From: Mobula hypostoma
Lineage: Eukaryota
DNA: 64,000 nt
Reading direction: 5' to 3'
NCBI RefSeq assembly: GCF_963921235.1
Contig: NC_086097.1
Coordinates: forward strand, 242,174,001 to 242,238,000
The translations under genes were made by a program, and so were the position numbers. Below, piece after piece: positions 1 through 13,249 of this stretch (positions within the stretch are counted from its first letter, which is position 1; every line of letters begins with the position of its first letter). The notes under the pieces are model-generated. The model was not told the DNA's origin, did not search any database, and was given only the letters and a program-made list of their open reading frames with translations.

Positions 1-2440
1 CACTTCTCAGCCCAGTTTTGCATCCTATCAATGTCCAACTGTAACCTCTGACAGCCCTCCACACTATCCACAACACCCCCAACCTTTGTGTCATCAGCAA
101 ATTTACAAACCCATCCCTCCACTTCCTCATCCGGGTCATTTATAAAAATCACGAAGAGTAAGGGTCCCAGAACAGATCCCTGAGGCACACCACTGGTGAC
201 CGACCTCCATGAAGAACATGACCTGTCTACAACCACTCTCTACCTTCTCTGGGCAAGCCAGTTCTGGATCCACAAAGCAAGTTCCCCTTGGATCCCATGC
301 CTCCTCACTTCCTCAATCAGCCTTGCATGGGGTACCTGATCAAATGCCTTGCTGAAATCCATATACACTACATCTACTGCTCTTCCTTCATCAATGTGTT
401 TAGTCACATCCTCAAAAAATTCAATCAGGCTCGTAAGGCATGACCTGCCCTTGACAAAGCCATGCAGACTATTCCTAATCATATTATACCTCTTCAAATA
501 TTCATAAATCCTGCCTCTCAGGATCTTCTCCATCAACTTACCAACTACCGAAGTAAGACTCACTGGTCTATAATTTCGTGAGCTATCTCTACTCCCTTTC
601 TTGAATAAGGGAAGAACACCCGCAACCCTCCAATCCTCCGGAACCTCTCCTGTCCTCATTGATGATGCAAAGATCATCGCCAGAGGCTCAGCAATCTCCT
701 CCCTCACTTCCCACAGTAGCCTGGGGTACATCTCAACCGGTCCCGGTGACTGATCCAACTTGATGCTTTCCAAAAGCTCCAGCACATCCTCTTTCTTAAT
801 ATCTACATGCTCAGGCTTTTCAGTCCACTGCAAGTCATCACTACAATCACCAAGATCCTTTTCCATAGTGAATACTGAAGTATAGTATTCATTAAGTACC
901 TCTGCTACTCCTCCGGTTCCATACACACCTTCCCACTGTCACACTTGATTGGTCCTATTCTTTCACGTCTTATCCTCTTATGCTTCACATACTTGTAGAA
1001 TACCTTGGGGTTTTCCTTAATCCTGTCCGCCAAGGCCTTCTCATGGCCCCTTCTGGCTCTCCTAATTTCCTTCTTAAGCTCCTACCTGTTAGCCTTATAA
1101 TCTTCTAGATCTCTAACATTACCTAGCTTTCTAAACCTTTCATAAGCTTTTCTTTTCTTCTTGACTAGATTTACTACAACCTTTGTACACCATGGTTCCT
1201 GTTCCCTACCATAACTTCCGTCTCATTGGAATGTACCTATGCAGAACTCCACACAAATATCCCCTGAACATTTGCCACATTTCTTCCGTACTTTTCCCTG
1301 AGAACATCTGTTCCCAATTTAAGCGTCCAAGTTCCTGCCTGATAGCCTCATAATTCCCCTTACTCCAATTAAACACTTTTTCTAACTTGTCTGTTCCTAT
1401 CTCTCTCCAATGCTATTGTAAAGGAGATAGAATTATGATCACTAACTCCAAAATGTTCCCCGACTGTGAGATCTGACGCCTGACCAGGTTCATTACCCAA
1501 TACCAAATCAAATACAGCCTTTCCTCTTGTAGACTTATCTACATATTGTGTCAAGAAACCTTGCTGAACACACCTAACAAACCCCACCCCATCTAAACCC
1601 CTTGCTCTAGGGAGATGCCAATCGATATTTGGGAAATTAAAGTCTCCCATCATGACAACTCTTTTATTATTACACCTATCCAGGATCTGTTTCCCTAACT
1701 GCTCCTCGATATCCCTTGTTACTATTGGGCGGCCTATAAGAAACACCCAGTAGAGTTATTGACCCCTTCTTGTTCCTAACCTCCACCCACAGAGGCTCTG
1801 TAGACAATCCCTCCATGACGTCCACCTTTTCTGCAGCTGTGACACTATCTCTGATCAACAGTGCCACGTTCCCACCTCTTTTGCCTCCCTCCCTGTCCTT
1901 TCTGAAACATCTAAAACCCGGCACTTGAAGTAACCATTCCTGCCCCTGAGCCATCCAAGTCTCTGTAATGGCCACCACATCATAGTTCCAAGTGTTGATC
2001 CACGCTCTAAGCTCATCTGCTTTGTTCACAATACTCCTTGTGTTAAAATAGACACACCTCAATCGTCGGTCTGAGTGCGTCCCTTCTCTATCACCTGCCT
2101 ATCCTCCCTCTCGCACTATCTACAAGCTTTCTCTATTTGTGAGCCAACCTCCTCTTCCCCAGTCTCTTCAGTTTGGTTTCTGTCCCCCAACAATTCCAGT
2201 TTAAACTCTCCCCAGTAGCCTTAGCAAACCTCCCCGCCAGGATATTGGTCCCCCTGGGATTCAAGTGCAACCCGTCCTTTTTGTACAGGTCACACCTGCC
2301 CCAATAGAGGTCCCAATGATCCAGAAATCTGAATCCTTGCCTCCTGCTCCAATCCCTCAGCCACGCATTTATCCTCCACCTCATTCTATTCCTATACTCA
2401 CTGTCACGTGGCAGTAATTCCGAACTTCTCAACTTCCTTC
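1..2440 (-). mobile_element. CR1 LINE, degenerate (ORF1 esterase C-terminus, APE endonuclease, RT N-terminal half; runs off window start)
   Basis: ORF pieces 2133-2432 (HWDLYWGRCDLYKKDGLHLNPRG, SGNH esterase), 1676-2062 and 1369-1746 (NTRSI..ITETW, MGDFNFP, SDH endonuclease motifs), 240-926 (NYRPVSLTSV, VYMDFSKAFD). Frameshifted. Confidence 0.95.
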
Positions 2441-2544
2441 CTTTTGATCTGAAATCAGCTTAGTAAATTGTAGTATCTATGTCCACAATGCTTGACCCCA
2501 AAAAGAGCTGGTCTAACCTTCTCTGTAAAGTTTAATTTTCAGAC

Positions 2545-2930
2545 TAAATTTATTATCAAAATACATATATATCACCTTATATTACCCTGAGATTCACTTT
2601 CTTGTGGGCATTCACAGTGGAACAAAGAATTACAATAGGATCAACGAAAAACTACTCATAAAGACTGACAATCAACCAATATGCAAAAGAAGACAAACTG
2701 TAAATACAAAAAAAATAAGTAAATAAATAATACCGAGAACATGAGTTATAGAGTCCATGAAAGTGACGTTGTCCACACTGGTTCATGGGCCTGATGGCTG
2801 AAGGATAATAATTGTTTCTGAACCTGGTGGTGTGAGACCCAAGGCTCCTGTTTAACTTCTGTCCGATGGCAGCAGTGAGAAGAGAGCATGGCCTGGACAG
2901 TGGGGGTCCTTGACGATGGATGCTACTTCT
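2545..2930 (-). mobile_element. Rex/Babar-type LINE 3' fragment
   Basis: Reverse strand resembles the Rex ORF end (KDPH.PGHALFSLLPS) plus 3' tail; similar fragments at about 15770-16005, 18860-19270 and 63010-63690. Confidence 0.65.
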
Positions 2931-3885
2931 TGTGCTATCTGACTTGATGAGACACCCACTATTAATATTCTGGATGTCAGGACTCGGGACTCCCTTCCAC
3001 GTTTATGTCAGGGTGGAACATCCTGAAGCAAATGATTAAATTCCAAGCTCTCCAAAGTTCTTCCACAGTCAACAAGTCGGAAGAGTGGGAAGCAATTTCC
3101 TCTTGTCTAAATAAATGCAATCCTGGCAGGTCAGAAGTGGACCAAAGTCACTCAGAAAAGCCAGCCTGTCCGCGTCCATCACTTTGAGCATTCTGTCCTC
3201 GTTTGTCTCCCTGCGGTGAACCCCATTTATAAAATGCACTGCAGTCCCTGACCAGGATTACTCCAACAGAGACAAGGAAGAATTTCATCAGCTAGAGGGC
3301 AGTGAATCTGCGGAATGCTTCAACAAGTTAGGAACTACGCAGAATTTGAAGGTATTGATAATCAACTTGAATGTTTAGACACCGCACTGTCCTTACAACA
3401 AGCCAGTTATTAAATAGTGTCGGTTGCGAGTGCTTGTGTTACAGTATCCATTCGGGCCAACAGACGGCAATTCAAAAAGCAGTGACTTCTTATAATTTTG
3501 TTTTTTATTTTGGTTAAAAGAAATCAGATCCTTGCCAAGATGTCATGAAAAGGTTTGACACCAGCCGAAAAAAATTACCCTAGGTGTCTGCGCTGATTTG
3601 TTAATTTACAGTCAATCAATAGAACAAGGTGGAGCACACCGGGTGAATTCCTGCGTCAATAACTATTAGGAACTAATGCACAGTTTTATAATACTGCAGT
3701 AGTATTGGTAATGTTCTAATTTGTTCTGTATTTCACTTAAATATATAATTTTTTACTCAGTTAAATAGTAGTTTGTCTTTTTTATACCTTTTTGGAGTGT
3801 TTCCATGAAACTTGGGCTAATTGGGGCAGCCACGTAATGGGCCAAAATGTAACTGTATGCCCTAATTAACAGGGCATTTAATTGT

Positions 3886-4405
3886 GTGGCCACTTTATTA
3901 AGTACACCTGTATACCTGCTAGTTCATACAAGTATCTAATCAGCCAATTGTGTGGCAGCAACTCAGTGCATAAAAGCATGCAGACATGGTCAAGAGGTTC
4001 AGTTGCTGTTCAGATCAAACATCAGAATAGGGAAGAAAAGTGACTTTGACCGCAAAATGATTGTTGACGCCAGACAGGTTACTTCAATTATCTCAGAAGC
4101 TGCTGATCTCCTGGGATTTTCATGCACAACGATTTCTAGAATTCACAGAGAATGGTGCAAGAAACAAGAAAGAAACTTCCAGTGAGCTGTAGTCCTCTGG
4201 GCAACAACACTTGGTTAATGAGAGAGGTCAGAGGAGGACAGCCAGACTGGTTCAAGCTGACAGGAAGGCGACAGTAATTCAAATAACCACACGTTACAAC
4301 AGTGATGTGCAGAAGAGCATCTCTGAATGTGGATGTTCTACAGCAACAGGAGGTCCTGACATTCGCTCAGTAGACACTTTATTAGGTACACAATAAAGTG
4401 GCCAC
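3886..4405 (+). mobile_element. Tc1/mariner non-autonomous derivative (transposase HTH remnant)
   Basis: 14-bp inverted repeats GTGGCCACTTTATT (3886-3899) / AATAAAGTGGCCAC (4392-4405). ORF remnants SDFDRKMIVDARQ..ISEAADLLGFSCTTISRI and VNERGQRRTARLVQADRKAT are typical Tc1 DNA-binding domain; no DDE domain. Confidence 0.9.
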
Positions 4406-4419
4406 TGACTATATGTTAG

Positions 4420-7400
4420 GGACCTTTCCAAATCTTTTTTTAAACTTAAATTATATGAATAGAGGAGTGGAGTTGACGATATTACTAAACGTGTCTGATT
4501 CAAGATATTGGTCTATTTCTTTTGGGGGTTTTTCTTTGTTTAGAACCATAGAACCATAGAAACTACAGCACAGAAACAGGCCTTTTGGCCCTTCTTGGCT
4601 GTGCCGAACCATTTTCTGCCTAGTCCCACTGACCTGCACACGGACCATATCCCTCCATACACCTCCCATCCATGTATCTGTCCAATTTATTCTTAAATGT
4701 TAAAAAAGAACCCGCATTTACCACCTCGTCTGGCAGCTCATTCCATACTCCCACCACTCTCTGTGTGAAGAAGCCCCCCCAATGTTCCCTTTAAATTTTT
4801 CCCCCCTCACCCTTAACCCATGTCCTCTGGTTTTTTTCTCCCTTTGCCTCAGTGGAAAAAGCCTGCTTGCATTCACTCTATCTATACCCATCATAATTTT
4901 ATATACCTCTATCAAATCTCCCCTCATTCTTCTACACTCCAGGGAATAAAGTCCTAACCTATTCAACCTTTCTCTGTAACTGAGTTTCTCAAGTCCCGGC
5001 AACATCCGTGTAAACCTTCTCTGCACTCTTTCAACCTTATTTATATCCATCCTGTAATTTGGTGACCAAAACTGAACACAATACTCCAGATTCGGCCTCA
5101 CCAATGCCTTATACAACCTCATCATAACATTCCAGCTCTTATACTCAATACTTTGATTAATAAAGTCCAATGTACCAAAAGCTCTCTTTACGACCCTATC
5201 TACCTGTGATGCCACTTTTAGGGAATTTTGTATCTGTATTCCCAGATCCCTCTGTTCCACTGCACTCCTCAGTGCCTTACCATTAACCCTGTATGTTCTA
5301 CCTTGGTTTGTCCTTTCAACGTGCAATACCTCACACTTGTCTATATTAAACTCCATCTGCCATTTTTCAGCCCATTTTTCCAGCTGGTCCAAATCCCTCT
5401 GCAGGCTCCGAATAACCTTCCTCACTGTCTACTATACCTCCAATCTTTGTATCATCAGCAAATTTGCTGATCCAATTTACCACATTATCATCCAGATCAT
5501 TGATATAGATGACAAATAACAATGGACCCAGCACTGATCCCTGTGGCACACCACTAGTCACAGGCCTCCACTCGGAGAAGCAATTCTCTACTACCACTCT
5601 TTGGCTTCTTCCATTGAGCCAATGTCTAATCCAATTTACCACCTCTCCATGTATACCTAGCGACTGAATTTTCCTAACTAACCTCCCATGCGGGACCTTG
5701 TCAAAGGCCTTACTGAGGTCCATGTAGACAATATCCACTGCCTTCCCTTCATCCACTTTCCTGCTAACCTCCTTGAAAAACTCCAACAGATTGGTCAAAC
5801 ATGACCTACCACGCACAAAGCCATGTTGACTCTCCCTAATAAGTCCCTGTCTATCCAAATGCTTGTAGAGTCTGTCTCTTAGCACTCCCTCCAATAACTT
5901 ACCTACTACCGACGTTAAATTTACTGGTCTATAATTTCCCAGATTACTTTTTGATCCTTTTTTAAACAACAGAACAACATGAGCCACTCTCCAATCCTCC
6001 GGCACCTCACCTGTAGACAGCGACATTTTAAATATTTCTGCCAGGGCCTCTGCAATTTCAACACTAGTCTCCTTCAAGGTCTGAGGGAACACCCTGTCAG
6101 GGGATTAATCCCGGGGATTTATCCACTTTAATTTTCCTCAAGACAGCAAGGACCTCCTCCTTTTCGATCTGTACAGTTTCCATGATCTCACTTCTTGTTT
6201 CCCTTAATTCCATAGACTTCATGCCAGTTTCCTTAGTAAATACAGACACAAAAAACTTATTTAAGATCTCCCTCATTTCCTTTGGTTTCGCACATAGCCG
6301 ACCACTCTGATCTTCAAGAGGACCAATTTTATCCCTTACAATCCTTTTGCTCTTAATATACCTGTAAAAGCTCTTTGGATTATCCTTCACTTTGACTGCC
6401 AAGGCAACCGCATGTCTACTTTTAGCCCTCCTGATTTCTTTCTTAAGTATTGTCTTGCACTTCTTATACTCCTCAAGCACCTTATTTACTCCCTGCTTCC
6501 TATACTTGTCATACAACTCCCTCTTCTTCTTTATCAGAGTTGCAATATCCCTTGAGAACCAAGGTTCCTTATTCTTATTCTTTGCCTTTAATCCTGACAG
6601 GAACATACAAATTCTGCACTCTCAAAATTTCTCCTTTGAAGGCTTCCCACCTACCGATCACATCCTTGCCAGAGAACAACCTATCCCAATCCACGTTTTT
6701 TAGATCCTTTCTCATTTCTTCAAATTTGGCCTTCTTCCAGTTAAGAACCTCAACCCTAGGACCAGATCTATCCTTGTCCATGATCAAGTTGAAACTCATG
6801 GTGTTATGATAACTGGAACCAAATTGCTCCCCTACACAGACTTCCGTCACTTGTCCTAACTTGTTTCCTAACAGGAGATCCAATATTGCATCCCCTCTAG
6901 TTGGTCCCTCTATATATTGATTTAGAAAACTTTCCTGAACACATTTTACAAACTCTAAACCATCTAGACCCCTAACAGTATGGGAGTCCCAATCGATGTA
7001 TGGAAAATTAAAATCCCCTACCACCACAACTTTATGTTTCCTGCAGTTGCCTGCTATCTCTCTGCAGATTTGCTCTTCCAATTCTCATTGACTATTGGGT
7101 GGTCTGTAATACAATCCCACTAATATGGCCATACCTTTCCTGTTTCTCAGCTCCACCCATAAGGACTCAGTAGACAAGCCCTCTAATCTGTCCTGCCTGA
7201 GCACTGCTGTAATATTTTCCCTAACAAGCAATGCTACTCCCCCACCTTTCATTCCTCTGCCTCGATCACATCTGAAACATCGGAACCCCGGAATATTAAG
7301 CTGCCAGTCCTGCCCCTCCTGTAGCCAAGTTTGACTAATTGCTATAACGTCATAATTCCACGTGTCACTCCACGCCCTCAACTCATCCGCCTTCCCCGCA

Positions 7401-8804
7401 ATACTCCTAGCATTGAAATATATACACCTCAGAAGATTTTTTACCACCACTCACAACCTTTCTATTAGTGGATTTGTTTGAACTTTTAACATAATTTATT
7501 TTCACCCCAGCCACACTGTCACTCTGGTTCCCATCCCCCTGCAAATCTAGTTTAAAGCCTCCCCAATAGCACTAACAAACCTCCCTGAAAGGATATTGGT
7601 CCCCCTGTGGTTCAAGTGTAACCCATCTCTCTTGTACAGGTCCCACCTGCCCCAGAAGAGGTCCCAATGATCCTGAAATCTGAAATCCTGCCCCCTACAC
7701 CAGTTCCTCAGCCACCTGTTCATCCTCCAGAGCATCCTATTCCTACCCTCACCGGCACGTAGCACAGGTAGCAATCCTGAGATTACCACCCTCGAGGTCC
7801 TGCTTTTCAACTTCCTACCAAGCTCTCTATACTCACTCTCCAGGACCTCCTCACTCTTCCTTGCTATGTCATTGGTACCGATGTGCACCACGACATCTGG
7901 CTGGTCACCCTCCCACTTCAGAATGTCATGCAAGCGATCAGAGACATCCTTGACCCTGGCACCTGGGAGGCAACAAACCATCCTGGATTCTCTGTCACGA
8001 CCACAGAACCTCCTATCTGCACCTCTAACTATCGAGTCCCCTATCACTACCGCTCTCTTTCCCCCCCTCCCTTCTGCACTGCAGAGCCAGACTCAGTGCC
8101 AGAGATCCGGCTACTGCAGCTAGTCCCAGGTAAGTCATCCCCCACAACAGTATCCAATGCGGTATACTTGTTGTTGAGGGGAATGGCCACAGGGGAACCC
8201 TGCTCTGCCTGCCCTTTCCTCTTCCCTCGCCTGACAGTGACCCAATTTCCTGTCCTCTGCTCCTTTGGCATAACTACCTCCCTGTAGCTACGATCTATAA
8301 TCTCCTCATTCTCCCGAATGATCCGCAGGTCATCCAGCTCCTGCTCCAGTTCCCTAACGTGGTTTGTCAGGAGCTGCAGCTGGATGCACTTCTTGCAGGA
8401 GCCGTTGTCAGGGACACCAGAGGCTCCTTGACTTCCCACATCCTGCAAGAGGAGCATTCCTACATCCTGCCTGGCATTCTCCCTACACTAGACAATCTGA
8501 ACAAAAAAAACTTACCGGAACCTACCCTGGCCTTTGCCTGTTCTCGCCGAAGCCTGTTTGAGCCAAAGCCGTCCCATTCTGACTCAGTCCACTCCAACGA
8601 TGGCTGCTACAACATTTATATATATATTTTTTCTTTTTATTTCTTTTTTTCTCTTTATGACTAATTTCATTATGAGTTTGGAAGTCTATTATACCTATGT
8701 TACTTAAAATCCTTTTTGTATATGCTTATTAAGATTATTCCAATCTCTTTGTATCAACTTTGTTATTGAGTTTATAATTTTGAAAATTAATGAAAATATT
8801 GAAA
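4420..8804 (+). mobile_element. L1-like 3' UTR fragment, split by a CR1 insertion
   Basis: Flanked by 13-bp direct repeat GACTATATGTTAG (4407-4419 and 8805-8817). T-rich body ends AATGAAAATATTGAAA, like the L1 tails at 22628 and 32240. Confidence 0.7.
4541..8608 (-). mobile_element. Full-length CR1 LINE (ORF1 zinc finger/leucine zipper + SGNH esterase; ORF2 APE + RT), disabled by frameshifts and stops
   Basis: ORF1 pieces 8047-8457 (CKKC, LEQELDDL) and 7547-8047 (IGDSIVRG..HIGTND..DGLH). ORF2 pieces 7085-7450, 6575-7081, 6097-6606, 5367-6092 ([14 protein letters not shown]) and 4718-5425. 3' (TTCTATGG)n tail at about 4541-4562. Confidence 0.97.
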
Positions 8805-10032
8805 GACTATATGTTAGTGACAAAAAGCTGTATATATATAAAAAAGCTGTATGTGTATATATATAATATGCACATACCTGAACAGCTATTGAAAGAATAT
8901 CTATGAAGAAAAGGTTGTAAAATCCTTAAATATAACATTGATACCTACTTTTAATCAGCCCTTGATTAATTATTTAAAACAAATCACCATTGGTGGTGAT
9001 TAAATGTGTCTGTAGCCACTAGAAATCATGCCTGCTCTGCTTTGCCAACATTCCTTCTTTAGAATGTTCTGCCTGTTGATGTGTGACAGAGGGAAGGAAT
9101 GGGTGAAAAAGTCTGGCAAAGTGACTCTGAGCATGGGAAAATACTCTGTCTATTAAACATACGCATTCTGAGTCTGCCATGGCTGCATTCTGCACTGGGC
9201 TCCTAGATACCAGCATGAAGCTCTATGAATCGCTTGATAATCAATCGGTCAAAAGAGTGTATTTCCATTTGTAAAGATTTCGAGAAGTAGTTGAAGTCGC
9301 TGACAAAAGTCTCTTTGTATAGAAATTTTGTGGAACTGCTATGAACATAAAGCTGTTACCAATGAAATGCAGAATCAGCAGAGCAGATTAATTTATCAGG
9401 CTGCAATAGCCCTATGAAGTAGGTCACTGTATGACAGTCATTTATATAAATTAATCGATCAATATCCACTCCAACCCTTGAGCTGAGGCTGTTACAAGCG
9501 CACACACGCTGAGGCTTTCTGTGTTCACAATTTTCTTTCTTGCCACTTTGCTTTGAGTTCAATGCCAAAGTTCTGCCCTTCTTTGACACGTCAACATCAA
9601 ACCACACAAAAATAATCAAGTCTTCCCTGAACTCTTTACCCTGTTATCAGTAGTACTGCAGTTTGGTGGGGGCAGGGAGCGAGTAGCTGGAGGGCATGGG
9701 GGGTGGGAGCATCAAGGGACAAAACACAAGAGATCCTACAGATGCTGGAATTCTGGAGCAAACACACACAAAATACTAAACTCAGCCTGACCTGCTGAGG
9801 TCCTCCAGCACTTCGTGTGTGTTGAACACAGCACAGATCTGCAGCCCCTACCTCTACCATCAATACTTTATCATTTCCTGTCGGACTCACCCGTACAGAC
9901 ACTCCTGTGCCCAGTGTCACATTATGGATAGACAATCAATCTATGTATATAGGTTATCTTATCTATTTATATTTATTGTGTGTTTTTATTACTGTGCTCT
10001 TTATCTTACTGTGCTTTTTTTGTGTTGCATCA

Positions 10033-11197
10033 GATGCTGTTCATTGACTTTAGTTCGGCATTCAATACTGTGATCCCCTCCAAGCTGATCACCAAAATTC
10101 GCCAGCTTGGTATCAGCGTATCCCTCTGCAATTGGACCTTGGACTTTCTGACTAACAGACCCCAATCCGTTAAGTTAGACAACCTCTCCTCCTCCACTCT
10201 CACCCTGAACACCGGCGTGCCTCAAGGCTGTGTGCTGAGCCCTCTTCTGTACTCCCTTTTCACCTATGACTGCGTTCCTGTACATGGTTCTAACTCCATA
10301 ATCAAGTTCGCAGATGACACCACGGTGGTTGGCCTGATCAGAGGGGATGATGAGACGGCCTACAGGGACAAGGTCCAGCACCTGGCTGTGTGTTGTGCCG
10401 ACAACAACCTGGCCCTTAACACCCAGAAGACCAAGGAGATCATTCTGATCTTCAGGCATGCCAGGAGTCACACTCACGTGTCACACTCACGTCCCCATCT
10501 AAATCAACAGAACTGTAGTGGAGCGTGTATCAAGCTTCAAATTCCTTGGTGTCCACATTTCCGAGGATCTCACCTGGTCCCTGAACTCCTCCATCCTGAT
10601 CAAAAAGGCGCAACAGTGCCTTTATTTCCTGCAGAGCATGAAGAAAGCTCACCTCTGTCCCAGGATACTGATGGACTTTTACCGCTGTACCATTGAGAGC
10701 ATACTCACCAACTGCATCTCAGTGTGGTATGGCAATTGTCCCGAATCTGACCGCAAAGCACTCCAGAGTGTGGTGAAAACTGCCCAGTGGATTATCGGCA
10801 CCCATTTGCCCACCATTGAGAACATTTACAAAAATGCTGCCTGGGCAGGGCGAAAAGCATTATCAGGGATACATCTCACCCTAACCATGGACTTTTTACT
10901 CTCCTCCCATCCGGTAGGTGCTACAGGAGCCTCCGCTCCAGCACCAGCAGGCTCAGGAAGAGCTTCTTCCCTGAGGCTGTGACACTGCTGAACCTCTCAT
11001 CACAGCGCTAAGCAGTATTGCATCCGTATTGTACTGTCTCAGTACTTTTATATTTGTGTACTGTAGCACTTTTTTTATTCGCAGTTATTTTGTCAATAAC
11101 ACTATTCTTTGAATTTCTGGTCAGATGCTAACTGCATTTCATTGGCTTTGTATCTGTACTCGGCACAATGACAATAAAGTTGAATCTAATCTAATCT
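10033..11197 (+). mobile_element. Rex1/Babar LINE, 5'-truncated
   Basis: [32 protein letters not shown] (ORF 9980-10696), thumb region [21 protein letters not shown] and (AATCT)n tail at 11182-11197. Inserted into an older Rex 3' tail. Confidence 0.92.
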
Positions 11198-11825
11198 GAA
11201 GTAAGAATTATTTCATTCTCCTTTACATTTAAGTATTGGAAATGATATTAAACAATCATGAACAGGAACATAGAACATAGTACAGGCCATTCAGCCCACA
11301 ATGTTGTGCTGACCTGTTAACCTACTCCATGAATAATCAAACCCTTCCCTTCCTCATAGACCTCTATTTCCCACCCAGGATCAATAAAGTATTTCTTCTT
11401 CTTCTTCTTATTATTATTATCATCATTATTCTTTAATCCATGTACCTATCTAAGAGTCTCTTAAATGTCCGAAATTATTTACCTCTACTACCACACCAGT
11501 AGCATGTTCCATGCACCCGTGACTCTCTACCTGTGACATCCCCCCTATACTTGTCTCCCAACACTTTAAAGTTATGGTCCTTTGTATTAGGGATTTCCAC
11601 CCTGGGAAAAAAGTCTCTGGCTGTCCCCTCGATCTATGCCTCTTATTACCCTGTACACCTTTATCAACTCAGTTCTCCTCCTCACTCTCTCCAAAGAGAA
11701 AAGCTCTAGATCACTCAACCTACCCTCATCTGACACTCTTTCTAGTTCAGGCAGCATCCTGGTAAATCAACACGCACAACACGCTGGAGGAACTCAGCAG
11801 GTCGGGCAGCATCCGCGGAAACGAT

Positions 11826-11863
11826 CAGTCGACGTTTCGGGCCAGAACCCTTCGTCAGGACTG
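11826..11863 (-). ncRNA. Minimal type I hammerhead ribozyme motif (Penelope pLTR)
   Basis: Reverse strand CAGTC-CTGACGA-A-GGG-TTCTGG-CCC-GAAA-CG-TC-GACTG: intact CUGANGA/GAAA core, stems I and II, GUC cleavage triplet. Confidence 0.85.
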
Positions 11864-12796
11864 AAGAGGGAGGAGGCCTATAAAGAAGGTGGGGGGAGGG
11901 TGGGAAGGAGAAGGTTGGTAGGTTCCAGGTGAAAAACCAGTAAGGGGAAAGATAAAGGGGTGGGGGAGGGGAGAGGCAGGAAAGGGGAAGAAGGAATAGG
12001 GGAAAACACAATGGGTAGTAGAAGGAGGCGGAACTATGAGGGAGGTGATAGGCAGCTGGAGGAGGGGGCAGAGTGACATAGGGATAGGGGAAAGGAGGGG
12101 GAGGGAATTACTGGAAGCTGGAGAATTCTATGTTCATACCAAGGGGCTGGAGACTACCCAGATGGTATATGAGGTGTTGCTCCTCCAACCTGAGTTTAGC
12201 CTCATCATGGCTGTAGAGGAGGCCATGTATGGACATATCCAAATGGGAATGGGAAGCAGAGTTGAAGTGGGTGGCTACCAGGAGATCCCGTCTGTTGTGG
12301 CGGTTGGAGCACAGGTGCTCGACGAAGTGGTCCCCCAATCCGCGTCGGGTTTCACGAGGAGGCCACACCGGGAGCACTGGATGCTTCCCATTCCCATTCG
12401 GATATGTCCATACATGGCCTCTTCTACTGCCATGATGAGGCTAAACTCAGGTTGGAGGAGCAACACCTCATATACCTTCTAGGTAGTCTCCAGCCCCTTG
12501 GTATGAACATAGAATTCTCCAACTTCCGGTAATTCCCTCCCCCTCCCTTCCCCTATCCCTATGTCACTCTGCCCCCTCCTCCAGCTGCCTATCACCTCCC
12601 TCATGGTTCCGCCTCCTTCTACTACCCATTGTGTTTTCCCCTATTCCTTCTTCACCTTTCCTGCCTATCACCTCCCTGCCTCCCCTCCCCCACCCCTTTA
12701 TCTTTCCCCTTACTGGTTTTTCACCTGGAACCTACCAGCCTTCTCCTTCCCACCCTCCCCCCACCTTCTTTATAGGGCCTCTGTCCCTTCCCTCTT

Positions 12797-12834
12797 CAGT
12801 CCTGACGAAGGGTTCCGACCCGAAATGTTGACTG
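12797..12834 (+). ncRNA. Minimal hammerhead ribozyme motif, mutated near cleavage site
   Basis: CAGTC-CTGACGA-A-GGG-TTCCGA-CCC-GAAA-TG-TT-GACTG. Confidence 0.7.
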
Positions 12835-13249
12835 ATCGTTTCCACAGATGCTGCCCGACCTGCTGCGTTCCTCCAGTGTGTTGTCAGTGTTGCTTTGACC
12901 CCAGCATCTGCAGAGTATTTTGTGTTTACGATCCTGGTAAATCTCCTCTACACCGTCCCTAAAGCTTCCACATCCTTCCTATAATGAGGTGATGGGACAC
13001 GATGTCACCTTTACCTCTATGATGCCATCTATCACAGTGGAAAATAAGCTTAAAGAAATTGACAGCAATTAGGGGTCAGTGGGTACTCAGGATATTCAGA
13101 AAATCCCTACATCTTCCCACCTGGAAATCTCTGGACCCTGTAGCAGGATTGGATTTTTAACGGATTGAATCCCCAACAAATAAAAATCACCCTATACTGT
13201 AGGAACATAAAGAAATGTTATGAATTTTCTTGTATTGCTGCCTTCCGCT

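Larger units (their letters stand above)
11769..12930. mobile_element. Penelope-like element with inverted pseudo-LTR arms (GIY-YIG 3' remnant)
   Basis: Arms 11768-12258 and 12382-12892 are reverse complements. Peptide TRRGLGDHFVEHL..ATHFNS..RLEEQHLIYHLGSLQPLGMNIEF is the GIY-YIG C-terminus. 13-bp TSD ATCCTGGTAAATC at 11756-11768 and 12931-12943. Confidence 0.93.
11265..12992 (-). mobile_element. CR1 3' fragment hosting the Penelope palindrome
   Basis: AACATAGAACATAG tail at about 11267; the CR1 3' coding remnant continues across the insertion at 11756/12943. Confidence 0.75.

Noticed and set aside
3320..3885. Tigger/pogo-like DNA transposon remnant (also about 13034-13201)
   Set aside because: Terminal sequence is suggestive, but matching TIR pairs could not be verified.
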